Assembly (NCBI GenBank): GCA_963822945.1
Contig: CAWGJO010000029.1
Coordinates: 1 to 17,648 of the forward strand
From: an uncultured Gemmatimonadaceae bacterium
Lineage (GTDB): Bacteria; Gemmatimonadota; Gemmatimonadetes; Gemmatimonadales; Gemmatimonadaceae
Direction: 5' to 3'
DNA: 17,648 nucleotides
This document shows, piece after piece, positions 6,821 to 13,909 of the stretch. Each line of letters opens with the position of its first letter. Position 1 is the stretch's first letter. The notes beneath the pieces were generated by a model. It searched no databases, was not told the DNA's origin, and worked only from the letters and a program-made list of their open reading frames with translations. A program made the translations under genes and the position numbers.

Positions 6821-9482
6821 CCTCTCTCAGCGTCATCGCCGGATCCGCGTGGCTCGCGCGAACGGCGGGCACCCACGCGGCCGCGGCCCCGGCGGCGAGC
6901 AGCAGCAACGGCACGGCCACGAAGGTGGGCGGGTCGCCGGGGGAGACGTCGTACAGCAGCACGCGCATGGCGTGCGTGGTGAAGAGTGCCGCCACGACCC
7001 CGACGCCGAGGCCGGCGGCGACGAGACCGAGCCCATGTCGGACGATCAGCCACCGCACGTCGCCGTGCGTCGCGCCGAGCGCCATCCGGATTCCGACCTC
7101 GCGGCGGCGGCCGCGGGCCAGTTGCGCCATCACGCCGTACACCCCCACCACCGCCAACACCATGCCGACCACGGCGAACGCCAGCAGCATCGTCATGAAG
7201 AAGCGCTGTCGGGCCAGGGAGGCGCTGCGCACCTCCGGCATCGTCCGCATGGACGCGATGGCGAGCGTGGGATCGAGCTCGCGCACCGCCCGCCGGACGG
7301 CCGGCCCGAGCGCACTGGGGTCGCCGGACGTGTGGACGACCACGTACATCCCGTTGTCCGGATTCTGGGCGAAATCGGTGGTGAACTGGATCTTGGTCTC
7401 GGTGCCGAGCGACGCCTGCCGCTCATCGCCGACGATGCCGATGATCGTGTACCAGGTGGAGGTGGAGTCGGGGATTCTGTCGAACGCCACGCGCTGCCCG
7501 ATGGGATCCTCCCCGTGGAAGAACTGGTCGGCGAGCGCCTGATTGATGAGCACCACCGGCGGCGTCCTGGGGCCGTCCTCGGGACCGAAGTTCCGTCCGC
7601 GCACGATCGGCACGTGCAACGCGGGGAAGTAGCCGGCGCTCGTCGCGCGATGCGCCACTTCGCTGCCGTAGCGTCCGGAGGGCCACGTCCGGGCCTTGAA
7701 CTGGCTCGTCCACCCCCACCCGGTGAGCGGCACTTCCTGCGTCAGTCCCGTCGCATCCACGCCGGGCAGCGCGCGCAACCGCTGTTGCAGTTCGTCGTAG
7801 AACGCCACGATCTTCTGTGCGGAGTCGTACTTGAGCGAGGGGAGATTCAGGCGAACCGCCAGCACGCCGTTCGGATCGAAGCCCGGGTTCACGCGGGTGA
7901 GTTTCCAGTAGCTGCGCACCAGGAGACCCGCGCCGACGGTGAGCAGCAGCGCGAGGGCGACTTCGCTGATCACCAGTCCGTTGCCCCAGCGGCGAACACG
8001 GTGACTCGTGCCGCTGCCGTGGCTCCCCTCCTTCAGCGCGTCGCCCGGCAGCCGGTGGCCGTTCCACACCGCCGGCGCGATGCCGAACAGCATGCCGCTG
8101 GCGGCGGTGATCGCCGCGACATACACCAGCACCGTCCAATCCATGCGGACCTGATGGGCGGGCAGGAGCCCGGGGGGCTGCATGGCCACGAGGACGCGTG
8201 TGCCGAACCACCCGACCGCGAGGCCGGCGAGCCCGCCCAGCAGGGAGAGCACGAGGCTTTCCGTGAGCGCCTGGCGGACGAGGCGGCCACGTCCCGCCCC
8301 GAGGGCGAGCCGCATTGAGACCTCACGTCCGCGGGCGAGGGCGCGCACCAGGAGCAGATTGCCCACATTGGCGCAGGCGATGAGCAGCAGCACCGCGACC
8401 GCCGTGAGCAGCATGGTCAGCGGACGCCGCGTGTCGCGAATGAGGAAGTCGTGGAGCGGTGTCATCCCTCCGCCCATGACGCGGTTCGTGACGGGATATT
8501 CGGTTTGCAGGCGGTGGATGACCGTCTGCAGTTGGGCGTCGGCCTGTGCGACCGTGACGCCGGGGTTGAGTCGCGCGACGGCGCGTGCCCAGTGCGCGCG
8601 GCGAAAGAACACCTTGGTCCGGTTGGCGGGGTCCCAGGCCTCCGGCGCCCAGAGATCGATGTCGGGTGAGATGAACTCGAAGTCGGCGGGCAGCACGCCG
8701 GTCACGGTGAACTCGCGCCCGTTGACGAGAATGGTGCGCCCCACGACGCCGGAATCCGCGCCGAGCTGATTTCGCCAGAAGCGATCGCTCACCGTGAGCA
8801 CGCGGTCGTTCGCCTCCGGCGGACTCCATGTTTCGGCGTCCTGCAACGTGCGTCCGAGCGCGGCCCGAACTCCGAGCACGGAGAAGAGGTTCCCGGTCAC
8901 CATCTGGGCCTTCACCAGCACCGGGCCACGCTTGCCGACGTAGGTCACCGACGAGGTACCGTCGTCGTACATCGCGACGTCGTGGAACGCCGCGACCTGC
9001 TCCTTCCAATCGAGCGCGTTGGCCGGCGCGACGTCCTGCTGGTGCCAGTGGTACTCGGGGTTGGACTCCCAGAGCATCATGAGGCGGTCGGCGTGCGGAA
9101 AGGGGAGCGGCCGGAGGACGACGCCGCTCACGGCCGAGAAGATCGCCGTGTTGGCGCCGATGCCGAGGGCAATGGTGACGATGGCCGCGACGGCGAGCAC
9201 CGGCGTACGGCGGAGGGTGCGCAGCGCGTAGCGGGTGTCGGCCACCACGTCGTGTGCCCACCGGACGCCGAACGAATCGCGGTGCGCTTCGCGTGCGATC
9301 TCGATGTTGCCGAACGCGACGCGGGCCCGCCGCCGCGCTTCCTCCGGTGACATCCCGGACGCGACGTTCTTCGCCGTCTCCTGTTCGAGGTGGAATCGGA
9401 TCTCGTCGTCGAGATCACGATCGGTGGCGCGTTTCGCGAACAGGGCACGAAATCTCAGACCGAGCGACTTGAGCGGGCGCAT
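6816..9482 (-). CDS. Duplicated MacB/FtsX-type ABC permease (ADOP-like), module 1, prefix-1-type N-terminus
   Basis: 888 aa. Prefix DLDDEIRFHLEQE...GMSPEEARRRARVAFGN, then [38 protein letters not shown], a second repeat with REVGIRMALGA, and C-terminal DPAMTLREE. GGAG RBS upstream. Confidence 0.93.
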   Translation of the reverse strand: MRPLKSLGLRFRALFAKRATDRDLDDEIRFHLEQETAKNVASGMSPEEARRRARVAFGNIEIAREAHRDSFGVRWAHDVVADTRYALRTLRRTPVLAVAAIVTIALGIGANTAIFSAVSGVVLRPLPFPHADRLMMLWESNPEYHWHQQDVAPANALDWKEQVAAFHDVAMYDDGTSSVTYVGKRGPVLVKAQMVTGNLFSVLGVRAALGRTLQDAETWSPPEANDRVLTVSDRFWRNQLGADSGVVGRTILVNGREFTVTGVLPADFEFISPDIDLWAPEAWDPANRTKVFFRRAHWARAVARLNPGVTVAQADAQLQTVIHRLQTEYPVTNRVMGGGMTPLHDFLIRDTRRPLTMLLTAVAVLLLIACANVGNLLLVRALARGREVSMRLALGAGRGRLVRQALTESLVLSLLGGLAGLAVGWFGTRVLVAMQPPGLLPAHQVRMDWTVLVYVAAITAASGMLFGIAPAVWNGHRLPGDALKEGSHGSGTSHRVRRWGNGLVISEVALALLLTVGAGLLVRSYWKLTRVNPGFDPNGVLAVRLNLPSLKYDSAQKIVAFYDELQQRLRALPGVDATGLTQEVPLTGWGWTSQFKARTWPSGRYGSEVAHRATSAGYFPALHVPIVRGRNFGPEDGPRTPPVVLINQALADQFFHGEDPIGQRVAFDRIPDSTSTWYTIIGIVGDERQASLGTETKIQFTTDFAQNPDNGMYVVVHTSGDPSALGPAVRRAVRELDPTLAIASMRTMPEVRSASLARQRFFMTMLLAFAVVGMVLAVVGVYGVMAQLARGRRREVGIRMALGATHGDVRWLIVRHGLGLVAAGLGVGVVAALFTTHAMRVLLYDVSPGDPPTFVAVPLLLLAAGAAAAWVPAVRASHADPAMTLREE

Positions 9483-9519
9483 GGGCGGGCTCCGGAGGCG
9501 GAGGCGGACGAAGGTGGGA

Positions 9520-9852
9520 TCAGTTGGCGGCGAGGATCCACTCGACGGCGGAGACGTAGCGGCGCCAGCCGTCGGTCTCGGCGCCGAGCGCGCGCCTGCC
9601 CTTCGTGGTGAGCTTGTAGTAGCGCGCCCGGCGGTTGTTCTCGGTCTGCTGCCACTCGGCGTCGATCCACCCCTTGAGTTCGAGCCGCTGGAGCGCCGGG
9701 TAGAGCGACCCCTGATTCACGTCGAGCACGCCGCGCGAGAACTGCTGGATGCGCTGGCTGATGCCCCAGCCGTGCATCGGCTCGAGGGTGAGCGTCTTGA
9801 GGATGAGGAGGTCGAGGGTTCCGCGAAGGACGTCGGATTGCGGATTGGACAT
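9520..9852 (-). CDS. PadR family transcriptional regulator (acidobacterial subtype), module 1
   Basis: GTLDLLILKTL, PMHGWGISQRI, NQGSLYPALQRLE, ENNRRARYYKLT. Confidence 0.93.
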   Translation of the reverse strand: MSNPQSDVLRGTLDLLILKTLTLEPMHGWGISQRIQQFSRGVLDVNQGSLYPALQRLELKGWIDAEWQQTENNRRARYYKLTTKGRRALGAETDGWRRYVSAVEWILAAN

Positions 9853-9856
9853 GGGC

Positions 9857-9874
9857 GGTCGGTAGGTCGGTAGG
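9857..9874. repeat. Short CCGACCTA-family repeat (about 2 units, reverse orientation) just upstream of padR-1
   Basis: GGTCGGTA GGTCGGTA GG is the reverse complement of the arrays at 13846-13909 and 17080-17160. Confidence 0.7.
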
Positions 9875-9892
9875 CGAGTTTGTGTCGTCGAG

Positions 9893-9944
9893 TTGTCGGG
9901 TTTCTACAGAAGGTGGTGCGGCTCTTGTCGGAAGTCAACAGGAG
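9893..9944 (-). promoter_or_regulatory. Putative padR-1 promoter with two operator palindromes
   Basis: Boxes TGTCG-GGTTT-CTACA (9894-9908) and CTCT-TGTCG-GAAGT-CAACA-GGAG (9922-9944), centres 32 bp apart. On the minus strand, TTGACT (9938-9933)-17 nt-CACCTT (9915-9910). Confidence 0.6.
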
Positions 9945-10089
9945 AGACACCGCGACGGGCTAATGGGTTGTCCGGCGCCGGCGGCGGCGTGGGGCCTCGA
10001 CGGGCAACAGGGTGATGACGGTCGGGTGTACGCGGCACCGAATCCTTCGCCGTGCCGAGTTGCAATCCGCGAGCCGAGGAGCACAGACT

Positions 10090-10674
10090 ATGGGCATGGC
10101 CGCCCCGTACACCCGCTGGACCGTCGATCGCCGCGCCGCGCTTCCCGACGACGGCCGCCGATACGAGATCATCGACGGCGAGCTGCTCGTGACGCCGTCG
10201 CCGAGCATCCGCCATCAGCGCGCCGCGTTCGCGCTCGCCGTCCGGCTGCGGGGCTATCTGGTGCGGCATCCGGTGGGCGAGGTGATCATCGCGCCGGCTG
10301 ACGTGGAATTCGGCGAGGACACGGTCGTGGAGCCCGACGTGTTCGTGGTACCGCTCGTCGAGGGCCGTCCGGCGGAGGACCTGAAGCACGCGGGCCGCCC
10401 CCTGCTCGTCGCGGAGGTAATCTCGCCGACCACCGAGCGCACGGATCGCGGACGAAAGCGCGAGCTGTTCCAGGCGCGCGGGGTGCCCGACTACTGGATC
10501 GTCAACGTCGAGGCGCGGGTGATCGAGCGGTGGCGACCCGGCGCGACACGGGCGGAACTCGTCACCGACCGGCTGGAGTGGCGGCCGGAGCCGGCTGTCG
10601 AACGGTTCGTGCTGGCGCTGGATGAATTCTGGCGCGAGGTGTTCGAGGGGCCGGCGGCGGCCGGCGATCAATAG
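10090..10674 (+). CDS. Uma2/DUF820 family PD-(D/E)XK endonuclease-like protein
   Basis: LPDDGRRYEIIDGELLVTPSP, HQ, VVEPDVFV, LLVAEVISPTT..TDRGRKR.LF...GVPDYWIVN. GAGGAG RBS (10076-10081) supports ATG 10090 rather than the track start at 10012. Confidence 0.9.
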   Translation: MGMAAPYTRWTVDRRAALPDDGRRYEIIDGELLVTPSPSIRHQRAAFALAVRLRGYLVRHPVGEVIIAPADVEFGEDTVVEPDVFVVPLVEGRPAEDLKHAGRPLLVAEVISPTTERTDRGRKRELFQARGVPDYWIVNVEARVIERWRPGATRAELVTDRLEWRPEPAVERFVLALDEFWREVFEGPAAAGDQ

Positions 10675-10702
10675 CCTCGAAGGCCTGACGCCGCCGGGCT
10701 TC

Positions 10703-13398
10703 TCACTCCGCTCGCAGCGTCTCCATGGGATCCACGCGCGCCGCGCGGCGGGCGGGAACGAGACATGCGACCACGGCCACGATGACGAGTACCGCCCCGG
10801 CGCCCGAGAGCACGAGCGGGTCGTGCGGCGTGACGCCATAGAGCAGTGGCGACACGAGGCGGCCGAGCGCGAGGGCGGCAAGGACGCCGACGACGATGCC
10901 GGCGAGGATCACGCGGACGCCCTGGCCGACGATCAAACGCGCAACGGTCGTTCGACGCGCGCCGAGCGCCACGCGGATGCCGATCTCCCGGGTCCGCTGA
11001 CTGACGCCGTACGACATCGTGCTGTAGATCCCGATCGCGGCGACGATGAGCGCCAGAAGCCCCGCCCCTGAAAAGAGCGTCGCGCCGAGCCGCCACTGCG
11101 CGAGCTCGGGCGCCTCGAAGTCATCCATCGAATGCACGCTGACGATCGCCCCCGGCCCCAGCGCACGGCGCATCGTGCGCGCCACGGCCGCTTCTGCCGC
11201 GGCGCGACCGGCCGGCCCGACCCGAATCGCGATCGTGCCGGGTTGGGTCCACCCCTCGGGCGCCTGGCCGAACGGCAGGTAATACATCGGAGCGGGATCG
11301 CCGACGATTCCGATGGTGCGCGAATCGGCCACCACGCCGACCACACGGCGGCAGGCATCGCTCCTCTTGCCGATGATCAGACACTTCCCCAGCGCCTCCT
11401 GGCCCGGCCAGTACGCCTGCGCCACGGAGTGGCTGACCACGACCACCGGCTCGGCGCCTTTCCGATCGTCGTTGCTGAAGCCTCGACCTTCGCGCAGGCG
11501 CATGCCCAGCGTCGCGAAGTATCCCGGCGATACGATGGTCACCAGCGGTCCCGGGAAGTTCCCCACGTGCGGGAGCGAGTCGCGATCCGGGAGAAAGGTG
11601 TCCATCGTGCTGAACCCGCGGAGCGGCGCGTAGAGCGTGAGTGCGGTGCGCTCCACGCCGGGGAGCAGCCGAATGCGCTCGGACAGCGCGGGGAGCTGGG
11701 CGTCGATCTTTCGATCGAGCGCCGGATCGTCCGCCGCGTTGGCCGAGGCGAAGATCAACCGCGGAGCGTCGTAGCCGAGATCGATCGACTCCACGCTCCG
11801 GAGACTCCGGACGAAGAGGCCGGCGCCGGCAAGCAGGATGATCGAAAGCGCTGCCTGCACCACGACCAACGCGGTGCGGGTTCGTGATCGCCCGGGCGAC
11901 GCGGACCGCGCACCGCTCTTGAGCGCCTCGGTCAGGTCGGACCTGCTGCCCTGGATGGCCGGCGCGATCCCGGCGCCCACTCCCGCCGCGAGCGATACGG
12001 CAGCCGCGAACAGGCCGACGCGGAGGTCGATCGAAGGCCCCCCCATTGCACCCGGGCCAGAATCAGGGCCCGGAGCACGGCGGAGGTCCAGGCCGCCGCC
12101 ACCAGCGCCGCACCACCGGCAAGCAGTGCCACGACCATGCTCTCCGCCAGCGATCGCGCGACGAGGCGACGCCGGCTGACGCCCAGCGCGAGTCGAACCG
12201 CCGTTTCCCGCCGGCGAACGGTGGCCCGCGCCAGCATCAGGTTCGCGACGTTCGCGCAGGCGATGAGAAGAATGATCGCGGCCACGCCGGCCAGTCGCGT
12301 GGAAATGGCGTACTGGCGCCGGTAGAAGTCCGGCATTTCGGCGCCGCGCAGCGGGCCGAGCGCCGCCGTCGCGGCGGAATCCCAGGGAACCGGACTCCCG
12401 CGGAGGCCGCGTGTAGTGGCCACTCGCAGCGCCGCGTCATCGCGCGGGTTCGGTGCGTACGCCACCACGCGGATCATGGCGGTATGGATCGCATGGTAGA
12501 TATCGCCGGGCGCTCCCACCCACGACCCGATCGTGTTGAACGGCACCCAGACGTCGTACGCGTCGAGCCCGGTTCCGGCAAAGTCGCGCGGGGCGACGCC
12601 GATGATCGTATACCGGTGCGGACCAAGATCCAGCGGCTGCCCGAGGACGGTTGCCGTGCCGCCGAATCGCTGGAGCCACAGCCGATGACTGATGATCGCC
12701 ACAGCGGTACGCCCCGGCCCCGCCGTCTCCGCGCCGGAGAAGAACCGCCCGATGGTGGGATGCAGGCCGAGCACGCCGAAGTAGTCGCCCACCGTGTACG
12801 CGAAGTCTCGGGGCGGGGCGTCGGGCGATCGGCCGATGCGCGCGTGGCCCGTCACCACGCCGGCAACACGCACGGACGCGGGAAGTGCCGCGACGACGCT
12901 GTGGAATTCCGGGTAGTTGAACAGGCTGCTCAGCTGCGGCGTGGGCTGCCCCTCGAAGCGCCGCGTGATGAACACGCGCCTGACCTGCTCCGGATGCGGA
13001 ACGCCCGCCGGAGGCGCAAAGAAGAGGCGGTTCAGGACGGAAAACACCGCGGCATTCGCACCGATGCCGAGCGCCAGCGTCACCACCACCATCAGCGTGA
13101 ACCCCGGCGAGCGCGCCAGCCCCCGCAGCGTGTGCCGCAGGTCCTGCGCCATGCCCTCCCACCAGTCGGCGCGTCGGTGCTGCTCGGCGATGCGCCGGTC
13201 GATGGCGCCCAGCCGCCGGCGCGTGGCGTCCACGTCGCCGAATTCCTCGAGGGCCTGCGCCCGCGCGTCCGGGTCGCTGAGCCCGCGGGCCACGAGATCC
13301 TCCACCCGCGCTTCCATATGAAAGCGCAACTCGGCGTCCACGTCGGCCTGCGGGTCGCGCCGCCAGATGCGGAGCCAACGCCGCCAGCCGGCGGTCAT
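10703..13398 (-). CDS. Duplicated MacB/FtsX-type ABC permease (ADOP-like), module 2, frameshifted at a G7 tract (12038-12044)
   Basis: ATG 13398 overlaps the padR-2 stop (ATGA). Prefix [21 protein letters not shown]...EEFGD, then [14 protein letters not shown] and [13 protein letters not shown]. The C-half has [11 protein letters not shown] and [10 protein letters not shown]8 instead of G7 fuses the halves ([12 protein letters not shown]) into 898 aa. Confidence 0.88.
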
Positions 13399-13739
13399 GC
13401 CGGCTCCGGCTCGGCGTTCATGACGCCCGCCACCGCCTTCACGTACCGATTCCACGCGCTCGCTTCGGCCTTGAGTGCGCGCCGTCCCGCCGTGGTGAGC
13501 GAATAGAACTTCGCGCGCTTTCCCTTGTCCGACATTCCCCACTCCGACTCCACCCACCCCTTCTCTTCCATGCGATGGAGTGCCGTGTACAGCGCGCCGT
13601 CGAGAATTTGAAAGGTGCGCCCTGAGCCTTCGCGAATGAACCGCGCGATGGCGTAGCCGTGCATCGGCTGCCAGGAGAGCGCGCGGAGGACGAGCACGTT
13701 GAGCGTGCCCTGCAGAAGATCGAGCTCGGAGTCGGTCAT
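13395..13739 (-). CDS. PadR family transcriptional regulator (acidobacterial subtype), module 2
   Basis: [48 protein letters not shown]. Confidence 0.93.
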   Translation of the reverse strand: MTDSELDLLQGTLNVLVLRALSWQPMHGYAIARFIREGSGRTFQILDGALYTALHRMEEKGWVESEWGMSDKGKRAKFYSLTTAGRRALKAEASAWNRYVKAVAGVMNAEPEPA

Positions 13740-13745
13740 GAACCC

Positions 13746-13774
13746 ACCATACCATCAACAGTTGATAGAATCAA
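13746..13774 (-). promoter_or_regulatory. Sigma70-type promoter for leaderless padR-2, with an operator palindrome in the spacer
   Basis: Minus strand reads TTGATT-CTATCAACTGTTGATGG (17 nt)-TATGGT-GGGTTC-ATG. It has an extended -10 TGn and a perfect ATCAAC-N-GTTGAT palindrome at 13754-13766. Confidence 0.75.
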
Positions 13775-13800
13775 GTGTTGAGGCAATGGCTGGGGCGGAA

Positions 13801-13909
13801 CGGTAGGTCGGTAGGTCGGGACGCGGACACCCGCCAACGCCGTTCCCGACCTACCGACCTACCGACCTACCGACCTACCGACCTACCGTCCTACCGAAGT
13901 ACCGACCTA
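13801..13909. repeat. CCGACCTA x8 tandem array plus a perfect 21-bp inverted copy (hairpin); possible terminator/REP-like element
   Basis: 13801-13821 CGGTAGGTCGGTAGGTCGGGA is the exact reverse complement of 13844-13864. Eight 8-bp units span 13846-13909 (6 perfect, plus CCGTCCTA and CCGAAGTA). Confidence 0.9.

Noticed and set aside
10033..10057. Hairpin CGGCAC-CGAA-TCC-TTCG-CC-GTGCCG upstream of uma2
   Set aside because: It is short and has no U-tract, and is plausible by chance at this GC content.
10680..10702. Possible bidirectional terminator between uma2 and permease 2
   Set aside because: Only a 7-bp stem with G-U pairs and no U-tract, too weak to call.
13846..13909. CRISPR array interpretation of the repeats
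   Set aside because: The units are 8 bp and contiguous with no spacers, and no cas genes are present.
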